Assembly (NCBI GenBank): GCA_964014485.1
Contig: CAXHAT010000064.1
Span: 1-38,563, forward strand
Length of the DNA stretch: 38,563 bases
Reading direction: 5' to 3'
Origin: an uncultured Deferribacteres bacterium
GTDB taxonomy: Bacteria; Zhuqueibacterota; Zhuqueibacteria; Zhuqueibacterales; Geothermadaptataceae
Shown here in pieces: positions 9,823 through 19,400 of this stretch. Both the position numbers and the translations under genes were made by a program. Each line of letters opens with the position of its first letter. Positions within the stretch are counted from its first letter, which is position 1. The notes beneath the pieces were generated by a model, which saw only the letters and a program-made list of their open reading frames with translations, was not told where the DNA came from and searched no databases.

Positions 9823-9963
9823 GAGACTGTTGAAAAAGCCCAAACTTGTCATGCTGGAAGCATCTTTTTTTGACCTCATCCTTGAACTTGTGAGCATAAT
9901 CTGCGCCGGACGATAACAAAGATTCTTTCAGAATGACAAGCCCGGGATTTTTTCGGCAGTCTC
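9823..9963. mobile_element. 141 bp MITE-like element with IS-like terminal inverted repeats and an inner TGTCAT...ATGACA stem
   Basis: GAGACTGTTGAAAAA (9823-9837) vs TTTTTCGGCAGTCTC (9949-9963), 13/15 complementary; inner CTTGTCATGCTGGAAG (9845-9860) vs CTTTCAGAATGACAAG (9925-9940), 14/16. Confidence 0.7.
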
Positions 9964-9982
9964 GACAAAGTTGGTTTTTAAA

Positions 9983-11200
9983 TCAATATTCAGCCGGCAG
10001 CTTGGCGATGTAGGCTTCGAGAATAGAATCGCCGGGAGCATACTTTAATCCTTTTTCCCAGGTTTCACGCGCCAATTTCACGTTGCCGCGCTTCGCATAA
10101 ACAACGCCAAGATTAAGCCAAACGTCTGGAAAATAAGGATGTTGGCCGAGTATCGTTTCGTAATGAAAAACGCCCGCCGTCGTGTCGCCGCTGAGAATGT
10201 ACATGTTCGCGATATTATTCCGCAAAGCTACGTGGGTCGGGTCGATGGAGAGCGCAACGTTGTGCGCTTCAATGGCTTCATCAATTCGCCCGGCGCGCCG
10301 GAACGCCTCGCCGAGATTGACCCAGAGCATATGTTGGTCGGGGTTCGCCTCCGCTAAAGCCTGCCAGTCCTGAATATCTTTCAACTTGACCTGCAAACTT
10401 TCCGCTTCGGCCAAGTAGCGTTTTCCCTGCTCTTCTTTGCCAAGCCGCATAAGCGCCTGACCCAAATTATAATTTCCCCAGTAATGCCATGGCTGCTTTT
10501 CGACAACATTTTGCAAAATCCCGGCGGCCTCTTCAGACTCCCCGGCAAGCTGCAGCAGCGATCCCAGGAAATATTGATAATTGATGCTTTCAGGTTGGAT
10601 TTTCAAACCGCTCCGTGCGTATTCAATCGCTTCTTCCAACTCGCCCTGTTCCTTCAGAAGCTCGCCGATTCGCAGGTAGGCCGTCGCAAAAGAACTGTCC
10701 AAAGAAATGGCGCGTTCGTAGAAAATGCGCGCGCTGTCCGGTTGGTCGCCCTCGGCATACACGCGCCCAATCTGGTGCAAAACGCCCGGTGCGGGAAACG
10801 CTTTGAACTCCTGACGGTAATATTTTAATGCGCGATCTTGGTCGCCTTGTCGTAACGCCGTGCTGCCCATATTCATTCGAGCGCCGCGATAATTGGGGTC
10901 GAGAGAAATGACTTTTTGATAGGCTTTTTCGGCGTCTTCGTACCGCCGCAGCGCTGTCAGCACCAGCCCCCGTTGGAAATAAACGTCAGCAAGCTCCGGC
11001 GCCAATGACTCGGCGCTGTCTGCAAGGGCAAGAGCGAAACCATACCATTTATTTTTGAAAGCGTCCTGAGATTGAATCAGGAATTGCGCGGCACGAGGGT
11101 CGGCGTTCTTGCGTTTTTCTTCGGTCGGAATTTCTTCTGACGAGCAGGCAAAAATCAGCAAAAGCGTCAGCAACCCGCCTGCTATTGTTTTTTTATCCAT
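9983..11200 (-). CDS. TPR-repeat lipoprotein, paralog of 4748-5935
   Basis: LLLIFAC lipobox; TPR motifs; PWHYWGNYNLGQALMRLGKEEQ matches PWRHGALYNLGQALARLGREDE of the paralog; both end in Y(I/L)AKLP. Confidence 0.88.
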   Translation of the reverse strand: MDKKTIAGGLLTLLLIFACSSEEIPTEEKRKNADPRAAQFLIQSQDAFKNKWYGFALALADSAESLAPELADVYFQRGLVLTALRRYEDAEKAYQKVISLDPNYRGARMNMGSTALRQGDQDRALKYYRQEFKAFPAPGVLHQIGRVYAEGDQPDSARIFYERAISLDSSFATAYLRIGELLKEQGELEEAIEYARSGLKIQPESINYQYFLGSLLQLAGESEEAAGILQNVVEKQPWHYWGNYNLGQALMRLGKEEQGKRYLAEAESLQVKLKDIQDWQALAEANPDQHMLWVNLGEAFRRAGRIDEAIEAHNVALSIDPTHVALRNNIANMYILSGDTTAGVFHYETILGQHPYFPDVWLNLGVVYAKRGNVKLARETWEKGLKYAPGDSILEAYIAKLPAEY

Positions 11201-11222
11201 TTTAGTCTTCGATGATCAGACT

Positions 11223-13091
11223 CTAATTTTCGAATTTTAAAATTTTTTCTATTCCCAAGCCTTCGATTATATGGATTTCCTGATGAGTTTCAAGGGATTC
11301 AAAACGGTCGTAAGCGCCGCTTGGCCATGAGATGATGAGCGAGTCGACTTTTGTAGATTGCCCCAAGCCAAAAGTTGCGGTCAACTCGGAGTGAGAAAGG
11401 TAGCTTGAACCTGTGCGAACGCGTCGCACCATTTTTTTTGTTCCGGTGAAGGCTTCAAGTTGTGCGCCCAAGGCGTCCCGGTTGCTTGCACGCCCTTTCA
11501 GCTTGATTCGCAAGAAATTTCCGTTTGAGACGTCATTGCGCCAAATGTGTGCGGGGCCGCCGTTTTCCGTAATCAAAATGTCCGGATCGCCGTCTCGGTC
11601 AATGTCCCCAAAAGCAGTTCCGCGGGCAACCATTTTTTGGTGGAAAACGCCGCCGATCTTGTCATTTGCTTCTTCGAAATCACCGTCGCCGTCGTTGAGA
11701 AAAAGCTGGAATTCCTGTTTATACGTCACGCCTTTTTGCAGGCGCGTTCGCGTCGGATAAACGTGTCCGTTGGCTGCGAAAAGGTCGAGGTCGCCGTCGA
11801 ACTCGGCGTCCATTAAAAACACGCCAAAAGTGAGCGATCGCATGCTTGCTCGGCCAATTTTTGAAACGGCGGAACGGTCGATGAACCAACCTTTTTCAGA
11901 GTAGCGGTATACGCCGATCATTTCTTCGGAAAAATTGCCGACAAACACCGACGGCAAACCAGAGTCGTCAACGACGCCAGCGTCAATGCCCATCCCGGCG
12001 CGGGCTTCTCCATTCTGGCCGTAGGCAAAGCCGCTGGCCATGCCGCGCTCGGTAAATGTGCCGTCGCCGTTGTTTTGGTAGAGCAAGTCGCCCTCGCCGT
12101 CATTCGCGACAAACAAATCCGGCCAGCCGTCGCCGTTGAAATCGAACTCGGCGACGCCTAGGGATTTGCCCGCCGTTTTTTCAAAACCTGCCGCTTTGGT
12201 CATTTCAGTGAACGTTCCGTCGCCGTTGTTGCGGTAGTAAGCGCTGGGAACGCCGGTGTACATCGACGGCCCGCAATACACTTTTGTCTTGCCGTCCAGC
12301 GAGCACCACTTGTCAGCCTCGGGCGACCAGTCGGCATAGTTTGCGACGTAAAGGTCAAGCCAGCCGTCGCGGTCGGCGTCAAAAAAAACAGCGGTACTGC
12401 TCCAGAGAATCGGCTGATCTAAACCAGCGGACTTGGTAACGTCGGTGAAAACGCCGCTGTCGTTTCTAAAGAGAAAATTTTCCTGCAGAGTGGTGAAGAA
12501 AAAATCCTGGTCGCCGTCGTTGTCGTAGTCGGCGACGCAGACGCCGGTGCCGTAGGCGTGGATTCCGGCAAGACCGGCTTGTGCGGTTGCGAGTGAAAAT
12601 TTTGTCTTCTTTGAAGGTGTGTTTCGGCGGATGATTTCAGGGCTCGGGTCGGGGGAACTCGGTGTTACGTCCCCCCCGGCCTCCCTGCGAAGGGAGGAAC
12701 TTTGGTTTCTGTAAAGCCAGAGCGCTTCCGGTTCTTCAATTGTTCCTTCCGCCATCGCGCCGCCGCCGACCAGGAGGACATCGAGCCAACCGTCGCCGTC
12801 GTAATCGATAAAGCCGCCGCCAGACCCCATTTGCTCCGGGAACCACATTTTGCCAAAAGCGCCGTTTTCGTGTTTAAAATCGCCCAATCCCGCTTCATTT
12901 GTCATCTCAGAGAAAGAAGGCAAATTATCAATTTGGGCAGAACCTTCCTGTTGCAGCGGCACGTCGGTATTTTCTGAACAAGCGAATACAACCGGGATAA
13001 CGCCAAATGCAAAAAAGCGCCAAATGCGCTTCTTTTCTCGTTTAATTGGATAACTGAAGAATTTTGGAATAAATTTGAACATCGCGCTCAA
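11223..13091 (-). CDS. CRTAC1-like FG-GAP + ASPIC/UnbV lipoprotein, paralog of 6223-7977
   Basis: Same motif order as the paralog (WFPEQMGSGGGFIDYDGDGW, CSLDGKTKVYC, ARAGMGIDAGVVD, AVSKIGR, SNRDALGAQL); VVFAC lipobox. Start uncertain (TTG 13091 or a nearby ATG). Confidence 0.9.
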   Translation of the reverse strand: MSAMFKFIPKFFSYPIKREKKRIWRFFAFGVIPVVFACSENTDVPLQQEGSAQIDNLPSFSEMTNEAGLGDFKHENGAFGKMWFPEQMGSGGGFIDYDGDGWLDVLLVGGGAMAEGTIEEPEALWLYRNQSSSLRREAGGDVTPSSPDPSPEIIRRNTPSKKTKFSLATAQAGLAGIHAYGTGVCVADYDNDGDQDFFFTTLQENFLFRNDSGVFTDVTKSAGLDQPILWSSTAVFFDADRDGWLDLYVANYADWSPEADKWCSLDGKTKVYCGPSMYTGVPSAYYRNNGDGTFTEMTKAAGFEKTAGKSLGVAEFDFNGDGWPDLFVANDGEGDLLYQNNGDGTFTERGMASGFAYGQNGEARAGMGIDAGVVDDSGLPSVFVGNFSEEMIGVYRYSEKGWFIDRSAVSKIGRASMRSLTFGVFLMDAEFDGDLDLFAANGHVYPTRTRLQKGVTYKQEFQLFLNDGDGDFEEANDKIGGVFHQKMVARGTAFGDIDRDGDPDILITENGGPAHIWRNDVSNGNFLRIKLKGRASNRDALGAQLEAFTGTKKMVRRVRTGSSYLSHSELTATFGLGQSTKVDSLIISWPSGAYDRFESLETHQEIHIIEGLGIEKILKFEN

Positions 13092-13103
13092 CTGCAGGCT
13101 GGC

Positions 13104-13142
13104 AAAAAAACGGCGCGAGACCCTCTCTCCGCATCTCGCGCC
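13104..13142 (-). terminator. Intrinsic terminator after the PorV-like gene
   Basis: 9 bp stem GGCGCGAGA/TCTCGCGCC (13112-13142) followed on the minus strand by G then T7 (13104-13110). Confidence 0.7.
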
Positions 13143-13168
13143 TTGTATCGTATTTGGCAGGAAAATTC

Positions 13169-14209
13169 TTAGAAAGCGAACTTGAAGGTAAAACGGTTCA
13201 CTTTGTCGAATACGCCAAAATCGGTGTAGGAATAATCAATCTGAACGCCGCCGTTCTCGCCGAAAGATTGGTAGAAACCGCCGCCGAATGACACGCCGGA
13301 TTCATCTTGCGGGAATGCGTAACCGCCGCGCAGTGACAGACGATTGAGGAACTTGTACTCAACGCCTAAACGAACCATATCACTGAAGTCGCGAGGACGC
13401 TCAGTGTCTACGGAAAGCAATAAAGCGTGGCGTTCCTGATCCATGCTGCTGAAGTCGAGCATGTCCATCGACAGGCCGATGCGGAAGGTCAAAGGCAATT
13501 CGAAGCTTTCCTCCGCGTAGGTCAATTCCTGCGAGAAGTTGCGCGCATTCATGCCGAAGGTCAGACTTTTGTAGCCGGTTTGATAAATCAAGCCGAAGTC
13601 AAATGCCATGGTGCTGGCCTTGTTTTCAGAGCGCTCAAAGCTGCCGGTGCTGCCGCGTAAAATAGAAGCGCCCAAATCTTCACGAACGTACTTGACGTTA
13701 CCGCCGACTGCGAAACGATCCGTCAACGCATTGGCATAGCCAAAGCCGACGGCAAGCGCTGTCGGGCTGTACTCGCCAACGTCCAGGTACCCGGCTTCGT
13801 TGTCGAAGCGAATGGTTTCCGTAATATCGCCGTAATCGACCGTCAACAATGAGAAGCCGAACACGCCGAGGCCGCCGTCACCCGGCTTAAAAGAAAGCGC
13901 GGCGTAGTTGTAGTCAATGTCCACAATCCACTGCGCCTGCCCGACGACAGCTTCGAAAGTGCTGTTCATGCGAGCCATACTTGCCGGGTTGTAAAACATC
14001 CCGGTGGCAGATGCGTTATTCGATGCGCTGATGGCGTCGCCCATTGAGGCGGAGCGCGCATCAAGAGAAACGCTCAAAAACTTCATGCCCGTCTGAGCCA
14101 GTTTTTCGGTCTCCGGCTCTTGATCAAAACCTTGCTGCGCGAAAACGCCAGAGGCGGCGAACAGAAGCGCCGCTCCGGTCAGCAAGGTGAGTGACAAATA
14201 TCTTTTCAT
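13169..14209 (-). CDS. PorV/PorQ-family outer-membrane beta-barrel
   Basis: Signal peptide; KLAQTGMKFLSVSLDARSASMGDA...FYNPASMA N-terminal motif; amphipathic beta strands; C-terminal FTFKFAF; GGAG RBS before ATG 14209. Confidence 0.85.
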   Translation of the reverse strand: MKRYLSLTLLTGAALLFAASGVFAQQGFDQEPETEKLAQTGMKFLSVSLDARSASMGDAISASNNASATGMFYNPASMARMNSTFEAVVGQAQWIVDIDYNYAALSFKPGDGGLGVFGFSLLTVDYGDITETIRFDNEAGYLDVGEYSPTALAVGFGYANALTDRFAVGGNVKYVREDLGASILRGSTGSFERSENKASTMAFDFGLIYQTGYKSLTFGMNARNFSQELTYAEESFELPLTFRIGLSMDMLDFSSMDQERHALLLSVDTERPRDFSDMVRLGVEYKFLNRLSLRGGYAFPQDESGVSFGGGFYQSFGENGGVQIDYSYTDFGVFDKVNRFTFKFAF

Positions 14210-14227
14210 GATTTTCTCCATATCTTT

Positions 14228-16318
14228 TTAGCGAATGATGGTGAATTTTCTGGTCACTCTTTCGCCGGTTTCAGTGTCTTCGATAACGGCGATGTAAATG
14301 CCGCTGGATACGACCTGTCGTGAAGACGTGGTGTGATCCCAGAATTCGTCCCCGCTGCCGTCTGTGTGCTCAATCGTGTCGATCAATTCGCCAAGCTGCG
14401 AATAGATACGGATTGTACACTGACCAGGGATATCGAGAAAACCAAGTTTATCCTGCTTGTCCGGCCAACGGATTTCCATGTCGGACGCGAGGTTAAACGG
14501 ATTCGGAACAACGCGCATTGCTTCCAGATTTCCAGCCGGACGCTTTAGCGTTGCAGGCAGGTATGTTTGCGTATAGTAACGCCCGCTCTTCAACGGAACG
14601 CCGGTTGGCGTTAAACCTGTAGAATTGCTGTTCGTTGCTCCAACAGCCTGGAGATAATAGTAGTATTCAATACCGCGCTGAACAGCAGCGTCGTCATAGC
14701 TGCGAGCTCCTGCGTCCAAAGTTGCAACGAGTTCATAACCAGTGGGGTCCTGGAACATTCTTGAAGCCCGCCAAACTTCCCATCCTTGAATACCTCCAGC
14801 ATCAGAGGCGTCCCAAGTCAGAGATATTTTATCCGGGCCAGAAGTCACTTCGAATCTTGTCGGTGGAGCTGGAGGAGCCGGGATTGCATAATTAGATTGG
14901 AAATTCGCGCGAGCACGTTCCATGACCTGGAAAAGTGAATCTCTTGCGGTCATCACCCATTGATTTTTGGTCATCGAGGTTCCGTTGTACTCAATGAGGT
15001 CATCTTCGCCGCCGCCGTTAAACTTGAGATTGTTACGATAAGCTATACCAATCTCGGATTTGGCGTCATCACTTAAACCGCCTGCCGATTCGGCGATAAC
15101 AAGTCGGACATTTTCGCCAATGGCCATTTCATACGGTCCGAAACCTTCAACCGTCGCCCAGCCGCCTTCGTCGTAAATGCCAAAAGCTGCTGCCGGGTCT
15201 GCATTCTGCTTATCGAATTCACCCGACGGTACAATCAGGTCAGCATGATGAGGATACTGTCGGCCAAGCTCAATGAAGTCTCTAAACTGACGGAACATCA
15301 ATTCTTTGTCGAATTCATCATCAACCAAGTCAGGCTCATCACTGCCTTTCACTCCCATGGTTCTCGGCTGTTCCGGATCGTCAGATTCATCCGATGCGGA
15401 TTTATCAGCGTGGATATAAATTCGGCCAACCATGTGTGCTGCGGCAAGACGTCCCGTCGTATCCGGCACCGGAGCGCTTGTCCAGTGTTCCGCCCACATC
15501 GGGCCGCCCAAGGCGTTAAATTCGTTCTGGAAAATCGACCAGCCGAACCAAGCGTATTGCGCACGAAAATCGACTTCATAGTCTTCATGTCCGTCGCCGA
15601 CTGCGTCGTTCATCGTGAATTTACCCCACGGGGCGCCGTTTCCGGTAACCCATGAAGCGCCGTCGGAAAGCGCATAACGACTAATGAAAAAGAAATAAAC
15701 GTCCGTTAATGGCGCGCTTAATTCAATCTCAGGATCGGAGTCAACATTGCCCGTATTGGTGAAGTTGTATTCGAGCATGTGGTAGGAGTCGTGGTATTCT
15801 TGACTCCAGGCGCGAATCTTCAAATCCATTTCAATGCCAACGCGGTTGTTATTCACAATGTGAATCATACGGTCAGCGTCGAGGCCCGGATCGATTTCAT
15901 CGATAAAGACGAAACGCTGGAAAGACTTGGCGCCGTCGACCAAAACTTCCGGATCATACTTGCTTATAACTTCAAGCTGAGTTGGGAAAAACTGCACTTC
16001 GCCGCCCGAGCGCGGGCCGATGTGTGCAACTTTGTGGGGAAAGTTTTCACCGTTTTCGTCAGTGAAGTTTTTCGTGCCGACCCACAAGCCTTGCGCGCGG
16101 TAGTTACCTGCGCGCCAATCAATTGCCGGGAATTGGCTCGGCGCGTTATCAAAAGGCTCTTGTTCTCGCAATACGCCGCCCTCCGAATACGGCGATTGCA
16201 AAGAGCCCACCGTCATCCATCTGAACTCGAACTGTGCGCTGGCGTCTTGAACGCCAATCATAACAAGCACAGCCAAGAGCAATGATGACTTGAGTATGCT
16301 CGACTGGATGCTCTTCAT
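14228..16318 (-). CDS. Secreted protein with FN3-like domain and T9SS type A-like C-terminal sorting domain
   Basis: GAGGAGG RBS before ATG 16318; signal peptide ending ASA-Q; PAPPAPPTRFEVTSGPDKISLTWD...YYYYLQAV FN3-like segment; tail RVVPNPF...CTIRIYSQLGELI...SSGIYIAVI...KFTIIR. Confidence 0.8.
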   Translation of the reverse strand: MKSIQSSILKSSLLLAVLVMIGVQDASAQFEFRWMTVGSLQSPYSEGGVLREQEPFDNAPSQFPAIDWRAGNYRAQGLWVGTKNFTDENGENFPHKVAHIGPRSGGEVQFFPTQLEVISKYDPEVLVDGAKSFQRFVFIDEIDPGLDADRMIHIVNNNRVGIEMDLKIRAWSQEYHDSYHMLEYNFTNTGNVDSDPEIELSAPLTDVYFFFISRYALSDGASWVTGNGAPWGKFTMNDAVGDGHEDYEVDFRAQYAWFGWSIFQNEFNALGGPMWAEHWTSAPVPDTTGRLAAAHMVGRIYIHADKSASDESDDPEQPRTMGVKGSDEPDLVDDEFDKELMFRQFRDFIELGRQYPHHADLIVPSGEFDKQNADPAAAFGIYDEGGWATVEGFGPYEMAIGENVRLVIAESAGGLSDDAKSEIGIAYRNNLKFNGGGEDDLIEYNGTSMTKNQWVMTARDSLFQVMERARANFQSNYAIPAPPAPPTRFEVTSGPDKISLTWDASDAGGIQGWEVWRASRMFQDPTGYELVATLDAGARSYDDAAVQRGIEYYYYLQAVGATNSNSTGLTPTGVPLKSGRYYTQTYLPATLKRPAGNLEAMRVVPNPFNLASDMEIRWPDKQDKLGFLDIPGQCTIRIYSQLGELIDTIEHTDGSGDEFWDHTTSSRQVVSSGIYIAVIEDTETGERVTRKFTIIR

Positions 16319-16361
16319 TGATACCTCCTCTATCTCTCTAAAACTTTTTGTGTTCGTTATG

Positions 16362-16395
16362 TAACTCTGACAGAGTTCAGACCCTGTCAGAGTTA
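16362..16395. repeat. REP-like hairpin between the TonB receptor and the downstream gene
   Basis: Perfect 12 bp arms TAACTCTGACAG / CTGTCAGAGTTA with a 10 nt loop; a related sequence starts at 9792. Confidence 0.75.
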
Positions 16396-16409
16396 AACAC
16401 TCAATTAAA

Positions 16410-19400
16410 TCAGAAAGAAACCCGTACGCCAAAGACGGCCGTTCTCGGATTCAAGAACGTGCGGTGGATTTCATTCGGCATATCGATGTATGCCTTGTCA
16501 TTCAAAACCTGCTTGACAAAACCGGCGTCGGCTTGCTGCCAAGCGCCGTTTACAAGCTCATAGTAGGTGCCGCTATCGGTTGCATAACCGAGCACGCGAC
16601 GATTTGCTTCCAGAGCGCCGATGTCATCTGCGCTGGGCAGGCTTGCCTGGCTGCCGCGTACTTCAATCGGCACGAAAGCAACGCCGTCTTTGCGGAAAGA
16701 GCCTGGTCTGTCGTTGCCTGGAATCCAGAGCGGCTTTTCAGAATCTTGCAGATCCTTATAAGTCGATTCCGGAAGGTGCAACGAACCCATGTACTGACCA
16801 AAATCGCGTGAAGTCGAGCTTTCAAACGGTCCGCCGTAAACGTTGAACGGATTGAAATACATTTGCTTGATATTGAAAATGTTATTCACATCCAGAAAGA
16901 GCTGTGCGCGGCCGCTCGAAGTGGTCGCGATGTTTTTGCTGATTCTGAGATCGAGGCTCAAGAAGTCTTTCATGCGGATGTTGTTTTGCAAGCCAGGAAT
17001 GGTGGCGCCTTCATCTCCCGCCCAGGTGAAGGATTGACCTGCACGCCAGCCGCCAAGGAAACTCACTCGGAAATCGCCGAGGAGGTTGCTTGGGCCGTAG
17101 TTTTGCGGGGTCAGGAATTCAAGGTTAAAGCTGGCGTATGGCTGAGAAACAGGCTTGTTTTGGTAGTGGTCAGTCGAGGTGCGCTCATAATTGCGTTGAT
17201 CGACTGTATTTTCGAGCTGTTGGCCAAAAGCAAAGTTACCCGACTTGAACTGCATGAATGTGTAATTCACGAAACCGCGCAGCCACTTGCCGCGGATTTT
17301 GTTCAAGGTAATTTCAAAGCCGCGAACATCGCTGTAGTTTAATGGCTGAGAGACGTTGTAATTAACAGCGGCGTCGATGCTAGTAAATTGCACGCTGCGC
17401 GGCTGCAATTCGTTATCCCGGTAGTAGCCGGAAACGCGCAGCAGGTACTGGTCGAACAGGTTATGGTCATAGCCGAGTTCGTAAGCAATCGTGCGAGGCA
17501 TCGGCTGGTTCGGATCGCCGATGTTACCGATATTGCCTAACCACTGGCGTTCGATCTGATACAATTCGCGCGAAGTCAGCATCTGGCGGAAGAAGCCATA
17601 ATTGAAATACAATTTGCTGTCAACCGTGATCGGGAACGAGACCCCGAGACGCGGGCTAAGTGTGAGCTGCTTGTCCGTTGGCGCCGTTTCGAGCAATTCA
17701 TCGCGCGTATTCTTGTTTTTCGCTGTGAAAGAGCGATCATACGCACCATAAATCCACCAGTCGCCGCCCGGATCAAAATAATCCATGCGTACGCCCAAGT
17801 TGGCGATCATGCCCTTGAACTCGAGTTTGTTCTGGACATAAGCGGCGCCTTGAATCGGCTCGCGCTGCCATTGCTGATTCGAACGCTCAAGGTGAACGAT
17901 AACTGAATCATCAGAGCCGTAGGTCATATCATAATCGCTATAAATGACTTCTACGCCGGCCTTGAATTGACTGATGCGATTCAACTGGCTGGTAATATCA
18001 AATTTACCGGTATAAACGGCGACTCTTGAAGTGTCACGAGCGCGCGCCCAGTGACCGCCAAGCCGCAAGCCGCTGCCAATCGAGTTGGTTCCATTCGAAG
18101 TCCATCCGAAAGGCGCTTCGTCAAGAGAAGTGCCGCCAACGGTAAATGCTGATGAAAAATCTCGACGTCGTGAGGGATGAGAATCATAATTCGTTTCCAG
18201 TCGGTTCAGACTCAATTCGTAGAAAGTGCTCGGATTAAGCGTGTGCGTAAATGACGCTCCGAACATGGTATTTTCTACGTCCGCGATCGAATAACGGTCG
18301 GTGCCGAAGATCGCGCTTCTGCCGACGTGGTCGGCATTGTCGCTCAACATGCCGTGATCGCTCCACGAGTATGGGCCAATGCCGCCCGGCTGAGGATTCG
18401 GATTATTCACTGTTGAAAAAGCGCCAAACGCCTGACCCGTCGCTTTCGCCCACAACCCCTGGAGATTCACCTTCATGGTCGGCTTCAAATCAACCGTAAT
18501 CTTACCTTGAACCAAGTCATCGCGGAAAGCGTCGCGACCAGATTCAACCGGATCCGGGTAACCTGCCGTAGAACCTAATTGATCACCTAAAACTGCGGCT
18601 TGAGGGTAAAAATAAGGCGTTTGCGTACCACGATAAGACACGATAAAACGCGCATTGCCTAACTTGCTGCTGCCGCCTGGAATCAGCGGGCCGCCAACAG
18701 TGGCGTCGAGTTCGTAGGTCGGAATATTGACGTCCGTGTCTTTGCGGTGGTGATACTTGAAAATCTCTTGCAGTTGAGCAACGGAAAGGTCGTTTGACGG
18801 GTCGCCGTCATCAGCCAAATTCTGACTGATCAAGTTCCAACCGTCAAAATCCGGATATTGCCGCTGCGTGTAACGGTCCCAAGGGCCGCCTGCGGTTCCA
18901 ACCCCGGAAATATCAGAGTCGAGGTACGGACGAATCCAATAACCGTTGGCGTCCTTTGGTCCTGGACCAAAGTTCATTTTACGCGCCGGCTGATAGCGAA
19001 CCAATGCATCCGCCGTGTAGCGGTCTCTTGGCGCGTCTTTCGTGACAACATTGATCAAACCAGAGCGAACATTGCCGTACTCAGCGTTAAAGCCGCCTGT
19101 TTGTACTTGAAATTCGTCAATAGATGTGTAGCTAATCGTGGTAAAAGGCGTGTTATCGCGGCCGTTTCTGAGCGTAAGGCCGTCGATTTGGAAAGAAAGC
19201 TGTCCTGCGCCGCCGCCGCGAATATTCAAACCAGGCTCAATACCCGCTTGAAGGTCAATGGCTTCGGTAACGCTGGTGATAGGAATGTTCTCGATTTCGG
19301 TGGAAGACACGTTCGCGATATTCGCGGAAACGTCAGGCTGAACTACCGGACGTTCCGAAACAATCGTAACTTCCTGGCCGGCGATAACTTCTTGCGCTAA

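Noticed and set aside
6223..13091. Recurring GTCGCCGTCGTTGTC-like DNA repeats as a repeat array or DGR template/variable pair
   Set aside because: They encode FG-GAP DxDxDG motifs; no reverse transcriptase and no adenine-specific mismatch pattern seen.
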